Origin: Lactobacillus sp.
GTDB taxonomy: Bacteria; Bacillota; Bacilli; Lactobacillales; Lactobacillaceae
Direction of reading: 5' to 3'
DNA: 64,000 nucleotides
Assembly: GCA_030530865.1 (NCBI GenBank)
Contig: JAUMUC010000006.1
Coordinates: forward strand, 3,010-67,009
The notes under the pieces were generated by a model. It was not told the DNA's origin, did not search any database, and saw only the letters and a list, made by a program, of their open reading frames with translations. The translations under genes were made by a program, and so were the position numbers. Shown one piece after another: positions 40,741 to 49,894 of this stretch. The first letter of the stretch is position 1. Every line of letters begins with the position of its first letter.

Positions 40741-41571
40741 TTAATGTTTCATAAATTCGGCCAAACGACTGATTAATTCAGTTGGGCGAACCACATATTT
40801 ATCTTGATAAATTGCATCCCCAACTAAACTATGAAGATAAATAGCTGCACTAACCGTTTCCACGCTTGGACCAAATTGAGCGACAAATGCCCCAATCACT
40901 CCAGCTAAGGTATCACCCATGCCACCAGTTGCCATGCCAGGATTTCCAATTTGATTTTGATAAACCTTACCAGCTTGGTAAACTCTAGTGTTTTCTGATT
41001 TCAAAACCAAGATGGCACCTGGATCATAATTATTCAAGGCATCTTGATTGGCAGTATCAGTTTGAAAATCGGGATAAAGTGAACTCATGCGTTGCCATTC
41101 AACTTGATGTGGCGTGAAAATCACTTGTCGAGCATTTCTAGCTAGCAAGAGGCGTTTGTTGCTAATCCAATTTAATGCACTAGCATCATAGACCACAGTT
41201 TGCTTATCAGTCACTTCTTGACTAACTAATTGCATAATATCTTGAGCAAAAGCTGATTGGCCAAGGCCTGGACCACACACAATCACATCAACTTGAGCGA
41301 TCATTTTGGCTAAATTGCGGTCTCGCCAATCACAAAACATTGCTTCTGGAACTCGAGCATGCAAGCTTGATAAATTGACGGAGTGCGTTGCGGTCATTAC
41401 TAAACCTGCACCCGCCGAGACGCAGGCTTCAGTTGCCATAATAATGGCACCGCCAAACTGTTCACTACCACCAATGAGCAAAACCTTGCCGTAATCACCC
41501 TTTTGACTCTTGCTTGGTCGAACTTTGACAACTGATTTAAATAATTCGTTTGAAATAATTTCTTTTTCCAT
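40741..41571 (-). CDS. nnrD: ADP-dependent NAD(P)H-hydrate dehydratase (YjeF C-terminal family)
   Basis: KGDYGKVLLIGGS, GPGLG, TPHQVEW and MATGGMGDTLAG motifs; start set at MEKE. Confidence 0.9.
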   Translation of the reverse strand: MEKEIISNELFKSVVKVRPSKSQKGDYGKVLLIGGSEQFGGAIIMATEACVSAGAGLVMTATHSVNLSSLHARVPEAMFCDWRDRNLAKMIAQVDVIVCGPGLGQSAFAQDIMQLVSQEVTDKQTVVYDASALNWISNKRLLLARNARQVIFTPHQVEWQRMSSLYPDFQTDTANQDALNNYDPGAILVLKSENTRVYQAGKVYQNQIGNPGMATGGMGDTLAGVIGAFVAQFGPSVETVSAAIYLHSLVGDAIYQDKYVVRPTELISRLAEFMKH

Positions 41572-41572
41572 T

Positions 41573-42754
41573 TTATGCTCCGAAGAAGAATCTCCAAGCT
41601 TTGACAAAGATGTTAACTTCATGGGCACTTTGATCACTAATCAAGTTAACCTTTAATGGCTTATCGAAAATGGTTTTAACATTTTTCACTACACTGTAAC
41701 CAACCACTTTACCTTTGCTAAAGCTATTCTTTTTACCAGCCGTATTTTTGAGTGATAAACTATCCTGTCCCCAAACAATATCTTGGCCATGAACTTTCAC
41801 ATTCACTGGATCAGCATATTTGAATTTTAGCTTGGTATTAAGAGTTTCTGCATGCCAATTTTCATCCAAATAAGCTAATAACTTCTTAGTTTGCACAAAC
41901 CTAGCTGGGTCATTTCCATCTTGGTGGCTTGCTCCCATCACTACAGTAATCACTTCTTGATCTTGCACTTTGCTTAAGCCGATAAAACAAGCTTTAGCTA
42001 AATCACTGGTACCAGTTTTTAAGCCGATAGTTTCATACTTAGAGCTAGCTTGACTTTGGCCTTTAAGCATCCAATTAAAAGTGGTCATCTTAGTAGTATC
42101 GGTGCCGTCAACGAAGTCTAACTTGCTTATTGATGTCGTCTTTACAATAAATGGGAAGTCGTGGTAAACATGCCAACCAACTTTGGCCATATCTTTGGCA
42201 GAAAGTTCATTTTCTGCTTTATCACTAGCACTTTTCACTTTGTCTTCATAAACATCGCCATTTGCTAAGCCACATGTAGTATAAATTTTGTAGTCAGTAA
42301 TTTTCCACTTCTTAAGTTGAAGTTTCATCTTTTTGACAAAATTGGCTTGTGTTTTACTCACTGCTTGAGCCAAGGTCATCGCTGCACCATTAGCACTTTC
42401 GATCAAAGTTGCTTGATAAAGTTGCTTAATTGTATATTGATGTCCTTCTTTTAAAGGTACATTTGAAAAGCCAGCAGTGTTAGCTACTTTCACAATATTC
42501 TTGCTTGGTGTTACTTTTTGATTCCAAGAAAGCTTACCATCTTTGATAGCTTGTAAAGTTAAGTAAACCGTGATCAACTTGGTCATTGAAGCAATTCCTT
42601 CTGCCTTATCAGCATTTTGCTCGTATAAAATTTGACCAGTTTTTGCATCAATGGCAATCGCACTTTTAGCATCAACTGAAAAAGCAGCCTGTACTGGATG
42701 AACACATGCGACAGTCAACATTAATGAAATAATCAACGCTTTAAAAATTTTCAT
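41573..42754 (-). CDS. dacA: D-alanyl-D-alanine carboxypeptidase (peptidase S11)
   Basis: Signal peptide; IASMTK (SxxK), SAN and LKTG motifs; amphipathic C-terminus. Confidence 0.9.
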   Translation of the reverse strand: MKIFKALIISLMLTVACVHPVQAAFSVDAKSAIAIDAKTGQILYEQNADKAEGIASMTKLITVYLTLQAIKDGKLSWNQKVTPSKNIVKVANTAGFSNVPLKEGHQYTIKQLYQATLIESANGAAMTLAQAVSKTQANFVKKMKLQLKKWKITDYKIYTTCGLANGDVYEDKVKSASDKAENELSAKDMAKVGWHVYHDFPFIVKTTSISKLDFVDGTDTTKMTTFNWMLKGQSQASSKYETIGLKTGTSDLAKACFIGLSKVQDQEVITVVMGASHQDGNDPARFVQTKKLLAYLDENWHAETLNTKLKFKYADPVNVKVHGQDIVWGQDSLSLKNTAGKKNSFSKGKVVGYSVVKNVKTIFDKPLKVNLISDQSAHEVNIFVKAWRFFFGA

Positions 42755-42823
42755 GTATCTGACTCCTAGAATAAAATCTTCTTTTATTTTACCAAAAGAA
42801 TGATATGATTAGTTAAGTAATTA

Positions 42824-42907
42824 GCTCACTTGGCGGAATTGGCAGACGCGCAACGTTCAGGTCGTTGTTCTGGTGACAGAGTGAAGGTTCAAGTCCTTTA
42901 GTGAGCA
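42824..42907 (+). tRNA. tRNA-Leu(CAG), long variable arm, CCA not encoded
   Basis: Acceptor GCTCACT/AGTGAGC, anticodon arm CAACG-TTCAGGT-CGTTG, T loop GGTTCAAGTCC. Confidence 0.93.
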
Positions 42908-42911
42908 TTAT

Positions 42912-42943
42912 AAAAAGAGTAGTCAATGCGACTACTCTTTTTT
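42912..42943. terminator. Bidirectional terminator between tRNA-Leu and the ABC permease gene
   Basis: AAAAAGAGTAGTC-aatgc-GACTACTCTTTTT. Confidence 0.8.
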
Positions 42944-43595
42944 ATTTAATTGGTTCGCTGTACTTGATAAATACAAAGTAAGCAACTGCAGTGGTAACCA
43001 AAGCAAGAATTGGTAATTGCACATATGAATTAAGAAAGTATGATAAATGGTCAAACCATTCTACCAGTTTGAATAAAATTAATGCATTTATGAATTGAAC
43101 CACTATAAGCCAAAATCCGCCTTTGAGTAAACGCATTTTCTTCAAGAATAATTGACTTAAATGCCAAGCTAATTGAATGATCATGAAAACGATTAGCGTC
43201 ACCAGAGTAACATTCATTATCATCGTTAAAATAGCTAAGAAAGTATACGCATCAGTATAAGTTGGCTTAGCCAAAATGAATAATGCCAGTAATAAAAAGC
43301 AGAATGTAACACCTAAGCCGACAAAACTAGTAAACCAGTTAAGTGTTAAGAACTTGGCGTCACTTTTGGATGCTAAACGTACAAAAGTCATATTGTTGTA
43401 CTTAACAAAGTCATAGATAGCATAAAGTACATACAAAAATACCAAATAGCCAATAAAAGCCATCCCACTCACTATATATAACTTGTTGTGAGGATTAAAA
43501 TATGCAAAAATCTCACCAACACCAGTACTTAGCATAATAAGAACACTCATGAAGAGCGATACTATCAAACGCTTTTTCAAAAAGTATTTAAACAT
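42942..43595 (-). CDS. Putative ABC transporter permease (6 TM)
   Basis: About six hydrophobic segments; third gene of a GntR-ABC ATPase operon. Confidence 0.7.
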   Translation of the reverse strand: MFKYFLKKRLIVSLFMSVLIMLSTGVGEIFAYFNPHNKLYIVSGMAFIGYLVFLYVLYAIYDFVKYNNMTFVRLASKSDAKFLTLNWFTSFVGLGVTFCFLLLALFILAKPTYTDAYTFLAILTMIMNVTLVTLIVFMIIQLAWHLSQLFLKKMRLLKGGFWLIVVQFINALILFKLVEWFDHLSYFLNSYVQLPILALVTTAVAYFVFIKYSEPIK

Positions 43596-43607
43596 GACAA
43601 AGCCCCC

Positions 43608-44285
43608 TTACTCATCCAATTGCTCAATATAAAAGTCTTCGATTGACTTACCTTGCTCACGAATGTCTTCAACATCTGCCTGAGCTACTAATTTTTGATG
43701 ATTGATAATCAAAATATGATCAAGGATTGAGCTAATTTCATTAAAATAGTGATCCGTCAATAAAATGACTGATTCTTCTGGCTTCCAGAGCAGAATTGAA
43801 TTCATAATTTTCTTACGGGTAATGACATCGATTCCATTAAATGGTTCATCTAATAGATATACTGGGACTTTTCTTGAAAAGCAAAGAGCCATCTTCCATT
43901 TTCCAATGGTTCCTTTAGATGCTTTCGCTAAGTTTTCGCTTTGATCGATTTGGAAAAATTCTACCATTTCATTTAAGCGGGCTTGATCAACATCAGGATA
44001 AATCTGTGAAAAATCTTTGGCCAACTTCTTAAAAGTCGTAAAACGAGAAATATATTTAAAACTTGGCACATAGGAAATCAACATTTTGCGGTCAGCCAAT
44101 TTAGCCTTGCCATTAACTGCAATTGTTCCCAGATAATTTTTTCTAAGACCAGCAATTATATCAAACAAGGTTGTCTTGCCGGCACCATTTTCACCTAGAA
44201 CAGCGACAATGCCTGGTGCAATTTCAAAATTCAGATTTTCTAAAATGCCTTTTTTATTTAAATCAGTCACTTTAATCAGCGTCAT
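43608..44285 (-). CDS. ABC transporter ATP-binding protein (YtrB-like)
   Basis: GENGAGKTT, degenerate signature ASKG, LLDEP. Confidence 0.9.
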   Translation of the reverse strand: MTLIKVTDLNKKGILENLNFEIAPGIVAVLGENGAGKTTLFDIIAGLRKNYLGTIAVNGKAKLADRKMLISYVPSFKYISRFTTFKKLAKDFSQIYPDVDQARLNEMVEFFQIDQSENLAKASKGTIGKWKMALCFSRKVPVYLLDEPFNGIDVITRKKIMNSILLWKPEESVILLTDHYFNEISSILDHILIINHQKLVAQADVEDIREQGKSIEDFYIEQLDE

Positions 44286-44643
44286 TCTTCCCACCTACAT
44301 ACCTTTCAATCAAATTAACCAACTCTGGATTTGATACGCCATAACTTTGCATTTTGGTCGAAAATTCATTAATTTCGCTCTTAATAGTTTGTTCACGTAG
44401 CTTATCTAGCAAAGTCTGATCAGTCGTTACATACTTACCATCCCCACGCTTAGTGATCAAAATTTCTTGATCAGTTAATCCTTTTAAAGCATGCTGGATC
44501 GTATTTATGTTTACAGTTAGATCTAGAGCTAACTGACGAATTGAAGGAATTCGTTCGCCTGGCTTGAGCTTTTCAGTAAAAATTTGCTTGAGCAAATAAT
44601 CTTGAATTTGCAGATAAATTGGGATGTTGTCATTGAAGTTCAT
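44272..44643 (-). CDS. GntR-family (YtrA subfamily) transcriptional regulator
   Basis: IPIYLQI, PSIRQLALDLTVNINT, RGDGKYV; short C-terminal domain. Confidence 0.9.
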   Translation of the reverse strand: MNFNDNIPIYLQIQDYLLKQIFTEKLKPGERIPSIRQLALDLTVNINTIQHALKGLTDQEILITKRGDGKYVTTDQTLLDKLREQTIKSEINEFSTKMQSYGVSNPELVNLIERYVGGKNDAD

Positions 44644-44658
44644 GTGCTTCACCTTTCC

Positions 44659-44676
44659 GTACCACTATACTAGCAC
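44659..44676. promoter_or_regulatory. Candidate YtrA-type operator GTACCA-N6-TAGCAC
   Basis: Imperfect palindrome immediately upstream of the GntR RBS. Confidence 0.45.
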
Positions 44677-44715
44677 AGTGAAGTTTTTCAAACAATAAAA
44701 AAAGAGCCGAAGCTC

Positions 44716-46329
44716 TTAAAATGGTAATTTATCAGTTATTCTGCGAATGCGGTTACCCATGATCGCAAAGGCTAATTCTGTTTTCACTACTAAGAAAGTG
44801 AAGACTAATCCACCTACTCCAGCACAAATGATCACTTCGATCAATGACATCATTCTTCCTGGATGTCTTAAGAAAAGTTCCATGACGAATAGTGCAAGTT
44901 TGGTGAAAAGAAACATGATCATGCTGAAAATAGTCACGCCAAGTACCCGGCGACTTGTCCGATCAGCATTGAAGTGGTAACGCACTCTTAAGTGAATTAA
45001 TGAAATGGCGATAGTCACAATCATGGCAAGATTAGTTGAAATGAGTGGTCCAAATATCTTGAAAGTTATGACACATGGATATTGAATCAAAATTTTGACA
45101 ATCAAACCGATTAACAAATACTTAATTGCTAAATTATTTTCAGACAAACCTTGTTGAATAGCCAGTAGCACTGTAAACAAGCCCAAAGTTACTGCTGTTA
45201 CTGCTGATAAAACTAAGACACTAGTACCTAATGGATCTGGTCCATAAAAGACACTGTATAGTGGCTTGGCAATTGCTGCCATTCCAAAACTTGAAGGAAT
45301 CATCACAAATGTGAATAACTCAATTGTGCTTTCGATTTGTCGAGCAATATCGCGATAATCTTTTCTAGCGTGAGCACCCGACAATAAAGGAATCGCTGTT
45401 ACAGCCATCGCAGTTGATAATGACACCACGATCATAATCAGTTTATTAGCATTTAGTCCAAATAAGGCATACCAAGATTCAATCTGATCAAAGTTTGCCC
45501 TAACGACCGTTGCTAAGATTGGGTGGAAAGTATATTGATCCACCAATTGATAGAGAGTAATACCAGAATCGATCACAATAAATGGAATTGATTGGCTAAT
45601 AATTTCAAAAATCAGATTCCAACTGGTCGAAGTCGTTTCTGTAGTCGTGTAGTTGATGCCAAGTTCACGATTTTGCTTGCGATAGTACCAAACTAATAGC
45701 ACTAATCCAAAAAGTGCACCAACAAAAGCAGCTAAGTTTGACTGCGTCACGGCATGAATATAGTTACCGTGTTGGACTTTCATAATGATATAAGCCGTCA
45801 ACAGCATCCAAGCAACCCGAGCTACTTGTTCAAAGAACTGGCTCATGGCACTCGGCTTCATGTTGTTGAAGCCTTGAAAGTACCCTCTAAAAATCGACAT
45901 TATCGGAATAATTAAGACCGCAAAGGCTAATGACCTAATTACAGGAATTTGCCGTGGATCATTTCCAGATAAAATCGGTGCGGCGACTGCCATTAACACT
46001 GATGACGCAATTCCTAAGCCGGCCATCAGCATTAAACCTTGTTTAAATAATCTTCTACTTGTTTGATAATCCTCTAGTGCATTATATTTTGCAATTTGTT
46101 TTGCTACAGCTCCTGGAATTCCAGCAGTCGAAATCATCAAAAATAAGCTGTAGATATTGTAGCTTTTAGCAGTTAGTGCGTTAGCTACATTTCCAAACGG
46201 CCCCATCCATGCGTACCATGGAATAATGTAAATTGCCCCTAAAATTCTAGAAGCAATCGAGCCAAAGGTCATCCATGCTGACCCTTTTAATAACTGGGCT
46301 TGAGAATCAGCCGAATTTTTCTTGTCCAT
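44716..46329 (-). CDS. murJ: MOP-superfamily flippase, YtgP/MurJ-like (polysaccharide biosynthesis protein)
   Basis: GSAWMTFGSIASRILGAIYIIPW, STAGIPGAVAK and RGYFQG...SQFFEQVARV motifs. Confidence 0.8.
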   Translation of the reverse strand: MDKKNSADSQAQLLKGSAWMTFGSIASRILGAIYIIPWYAWMGPFGNVANALTAKSYNIYSLFLMISTAGIPGAVAKQIAKYNALEDYQTSRRLFKQGLMLMAGLGIASSVLMAVAAPILSGNDPRQIPVIRSLAFAVLIIPIMSIFRGYFQGFNNMKPSAMSQFFEQVARVAWMLLTAYIIMKVQHGNYIHAVTQSNLAAFVGALFGLVLLVWYYRKQNRELGINYTTTETTSTSWNLIFEIISQSIPFIVIDSGITLYQLVDQYTFHPILATVVRANFDQIESWYALFGLNANKLIMIVVSLSTAMAVTAIPLLSGAHARKDYRDIARQIESTIELFTFVMIPSSFGMAAIAKPLYSVFYGPDPLGTSVLVLSAVTAVTLGLFTVLLAIQQGLSENNLAIKYLLIGLIVKILIQYPCVITFKIFGPLISTNLAMIVTIAISLIHLRVRYHFNADRTSRRVLGVTIFSMIMFLFTKLALFVMELFLRHPGRMMSLIEVIICAGVGGLVFTFLVVKTELAFAIMGNRIRRITDKLPF

Positions 46330-46418
46330 TTAATCAACTCTCTATTAGTATCTTTGTATATTTTACATTTTAGCTACTTTAAAAGCAAAAAAGTAAGTTT
46401 AAATTAGTTTAAAACACA

Positions 46419-46444
46419 AAAAAAGGATAGTTATAACTATCCTT
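46419..46444 (-). repeat. Terminator and direct repeat copy 1 (AAAAAAGGATAGTTATAACTATCCTT)
   Basis: 25/26 identical to 49854-49879. Confidence 0.85.
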
Positions 46445-47036
46445 AAATCCAGTCATTTTTTTCGGCTAAATTTAGTGCCTCAAGTCTTGATTTAGTAGCT
46501 GTTTTACTCAAAATGTTTGAGATGTAATTGCGAATGGTTCCTTCTGACAAGAAAAACTTCTGAGCCAATTCCTTCGTACTAGGATTTTCTTTTAAAGCTT
46601 GCAAAATTTCTAGTTCTCGTTCATTTAATGGACTTGGTGTTTGAACCATTAATTGGGGATCAATCACAACCTGATTTTGCAAAACCGCATGTAAACTCTG
46701 CACCAGTGAATCGCTTGGGCTATCTTTCAAAAGATATCCATTAACTTGGCAAGCCATTGCTTCTTTAAAATATTGTTGTCTAGCAAAAGTCGTTAAAATG
46801 ACAATTTTAATTTCTGGATGACTTGCTCGCAATGCTTTAGCGACTTCCAAGCCAGTTTTTTGTGGCATTTCGATATCCAAAATAGCAATATCTGGGAGTA
46901 ACTCTGAAATTTCAGCTAATGCCGTAGCTCCATTATCGCTTGTACCTACGACAGTAAAATCATCTTCTAAATCGAGTAACATTGCTAAAGCTGAATTCAA
47001 CATTGCTTGATCTTCAGCCAGATATAACTTATACAT
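46443..47036 (-). CDS. NarL/LuxR-family response regulator (DesR/YvfU-like)
   Basis: LAEDQ, LDIEMP and LTTF receiver motifs; LSEGTIRNYISNIL HTH. Confidence 0.92.
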   Translation of the reverse strand: MYKLYLAEDQAMLNSALAMLLDLEDDFTVVGTSDNGATALAEISELLPDIAILDIEMPQKTGLEVAKALRASHPEIKIVILTTFARQQYFKEAMACQVNGYLLKDSPSDSLVQSLHAVLQNQVVIDPQLMVQTPSPLNERELEILQALKENPSTKELAQKFFLSEGTIRNYISNILSKTATKSRLEALNLAEKNDWI

Positions 47037-47038
47037 AG

Positions 47039-48135
47039 TTAACTTTGCTCTTTCTTTGGAATTTCAATCAGAATATACGCTCCATCATCAGAATAAAAAT
47101 CGACATGTCCATTCAACTTATGCACACTATTTTTAATTCCTTGGATGCCAAAGCCTTTGCCTAATTGTAACAAATTATTGCCAAAACCAATACCATCATC
47201 ATGAATGAGGACTTGATATTTGTGATCTTCTTCAAAGAAATCAACATAATAATTATGTGCCTTGCTATATTTCAAGCAATTATTAACTGTCTCAGCAAAC
47301 ACATTACTCAAGACCGATTGCACATCCATTGGCCAATTAAGTGCCAAATCGTGATTTTTGGTAGCCATCAAAATGTGCTTATCTTCCAGACGTTTGCCTT
47401 GCTTAAATAGTGCTTCTGAAATCGTCTCTGTACGTAAATCTTTAACAATTTCACGGACTAAATTTAGATTATTTCTCGACATTTGAGCAATTTCAGCCAC
47501 TTGCTTTTCAGCTAAATCAGGATCTTTCTTAATCAACTTCTTAGCCAGGTCACTTTTGACTGACAATGTTGAAAAAACTTGCCCTAAATTATCATGCAAA
47601 GATTGTGAAATTCGATCACGCTCGTTTTGCTTAATTAATAAAGCTACCCGTTCTTCGATATGATCTGCTCTAGCTTTTTCTTCTAAAGCTTGGGCTTCAG
47701 CTCGTGACATTGGAATCGGAAGAGCTAATAAAGCCAGATGATACCACAATTCTTCTTTCATCGAATTTACTAAAAGCAATCCGACAACTACGATCAAAGC
47801 ATAGTACAAAACAACCAATTTGCGATAATGATAGCGTGGCCTGGTAGAAAAGAAAAATCCAGTATAAATCATCAAAAATGGATATTTGAAGATAACAGTC
47901 ACAATCATTGAGATTGTTAATTGGGCAAAAATGTTAATTAGATAATATTCATTTTTGACCACAAAACCATCACGATAAATTTTCAAAAAGAGCAATAAAA
48001 TTGCAAAGCCCAATAGTGCTTGCGACCGATAGACGGTAAACATCAAGTACAAATATGGTAGATTGTAAAATAATAAATATGGAACGTGTCTATATTCTTT
48101 CGGAAAAAGAATATGCTTCTCTAAAAAGACTTCAT
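47039..48135 (-). pseudogene. DesK/YvfT-like HisKA_3 sensor kinase with a one-base frameshift at codon 3-4
   Basis: ERDRISQSLHDNLGQ H-box, DDGIGF, GFGIQG. ATG 48135 reads ATG AAG TCT TTT TAG. One extra T in the T5 run (48123-48127) restores MKSFLEKHILFPKEY... in frame with the 337-aa ORF. Confidence 0.75.
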
Positions 48136-48878
48136 TTACTTAAGACCCTTTCTTCTAGATACCTTAAGTATAATATGGATCAAAATTGATGCAATAATTA
48201 CCCAAGAAATGATGTTATACAAAGCATTCATTGAAATTTTTTGATCTCTAATAATTTCTAGCCCAACTTTAGCTACTGCATTCACTGGCGTTAATTTACC
48301 AATGTGTTGCATCCACTTAGGGAGCATTTCTAGTGGCCACCATAATCCACCGAAAATAGCAGCTGGGAAGAAAATAATTTTTGATAATGATGAAACTAGG
48401 TTGTAGTTATTAACAAGTGAAATAGCTACCCCGAAGAGCACAAATGGAATTCCTAAAATAGGCAATCCGATCAAGAGCTTTACCCAATGTTCTGGGGTAA
48501 TTTTCACTTGATTAATTAAAATACCCGCTACCCCGATCACTAGCACACAGACAATGTTCATAAAAGTAAACATGGTGAGCATTTCTAAATAATATTTGCT
48601 TTTCTTTTGTGGGCTTAAATCTATCGCCATCACATAATTATTTTGTAAATCGTTGGCTAAAACTACGGGGATACTCATTAATGATGTACATAAAACGCCG
48701 TAAACCATCATGTAATTAAGTACAATACTTTGAAACTTTCTGGCACCCCGGTGTTAATTGCTTTTGTAAACAAGGCATAAAACATAACTGGAAATCCTAG
48801 ATCAAACAAGAAGAATGCCGGATTTCTAACTAATACCCGTTTAAAAGTAATCTTCATTTGGTAAAGTGTGCTTCTCAT
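48136..48878 (-). pseudogene. ABC-2 type permease (YvfS-like) split by a one-base frameshift into 56-aa and 191-aa ORFs
   Basis: ATG 48878 overlaps the ATPase stop (ATGA) and reads MRSTLYQ...VLYLIT* (TGA 48710-48708). The downstream ORF MMVYGV...GGLWWPLEMLPKW starts at 48711. Confidence 0.75.
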
Positions 48879-49756
48879 CTTGATTCCTCCTGACTAATTA
48901 CTTCATCCATTACTGTATCTAGGTTTTGGTTGCGAATCTCTAAGTTATCAATATCTTGACTCAACTTAGCAAATTCTGGTAAAAAGGCCTTCATATCGTT
49001 AGTCAATAATTGGTAGTTATGATTCATTTCACGTACTTTGCTGACAGCTGGCAATTTTTCAAAAACTTCTGGAGCCAAATTTGAAGCAAAGCTGACTTGA
49101 GTGGCTGAGAAGTAATGGTGAATATCGTCTAAGTTGCCATCAAAAATCACATGATGATTGTGCAAGAACAAGAAGCGGTTAGCAATTTGTTCTAATTCTT
49201 CTAAGTAGTGACTTGTAATCACAAACGTTTTACCTTGATCTTTTAATTGATCAATTGCTTTCCAAAACTTAACACGACTATCTGGATCCATCCCCGTGGT
49301 TGGTTCATCTAAGAAGATGATGTCGGGATTACCGGACAAAGTCAGAGCGAATTGCAAGCGACGACGTTGTCCACCAGATAAATTATCCATGTACTTATTT
49401 TCAAATTTTTCCAAATCGGCAAGCTTAATCAATTCATCGTATGTTAGCGGATCATGATAGTAACTTCTGAATAAATTGATAGCTTCTTTCACAGTCACTC
49501 TGCGAAAATTATAGGAATCTTGCATCATGAGTCCGATGCGGTTTCGATCAATCTTAGGATTTTCGAAAAAGATCGTTTCTCCACTAGTTGGCTTGATGAT
49601 GCGGTTGACAATGTTAATCAAAGTTGATTTACCAGCACCATTCTTACCAATCAAAGCAACAATTTCACCAGTTTTGATTTTGAAATTTAGATTTTCAAAT
49701 ACTAACTGATCTGCATATTTTTTGGTTAGGTTTTTAATTTCTAAAGCTGTAGTCAT
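48875..49756 (-). CDS. ABC transporter ATP-binding protein (YvfR-like)
   Basis: GKNGAGKST, LSGGQ, FLDEPTTGMD and TSHY motifs; start at MTTALE after AGGAG. Confidence 0.92.
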   Translation of the reverse strand: MTTALEIKNLTKKYADQLVFENLNFKIKTGEIVALIGKNGAGKSTLINIVNRIIKPTSGETIFFENPKIDRNRIGLMMQDSYNFRRVTVKEAINLFRSYYHDPLTYDELIKLADLEKFENKYMDNLSGGQRRRLQFALTLSGNPDIIFLDEPTTGMDPDSRVKFWKAIDQLKDQGKTFVITSHYLEELEQIANRFLFLHNHHVIFDGNLDDIHHYFSATQVSFASNLAPEVFEKLPAVSKVREMNHNYQLLTNDMKAFLPEFAKLSQDIDNLEIRNQNLDTVMDEVISQEESR

Positions 49757-49820
49757 TTTGATCACTCCTATCCTTCTATCTTTAAGTATATGGATCATAG
49801 TTTTGTAAAGATAGAATAGA

Positions 49821-49849
49821 AAGTCATGACCACATATGACTTTTGTCAC
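49821..49849. promoter_or_regulatory. Overlapping inverted repeats, candidate response-regulator binding site
   Basis: AAGTCAT-N8-ATGACTT (49821-49842) and ATGACT-TT-TGTCAC (49836-49849). Confidence 0.5.
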
Positions 49850-49853
49850 AAAT

Positions 49854-49879
49854 AAAAAAGGATAGTTACAACTATCCTT
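49854..49879 (-). terminator. leuS terminator and direct repeat copy 2
   Basis: AAAAAAGGATAGTTACAACTATCCTT hairpin 16 nt after the leuS stop. Confidence 0.85.
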
Positions 49880-49894
49880 TTCTTATTTTTTTGG

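Noticed and set aside
42824-44716. Integrative element at tRNA-Leu
   Set aside because: No integrase and no duplicated tRNA 3' end (attR) found.
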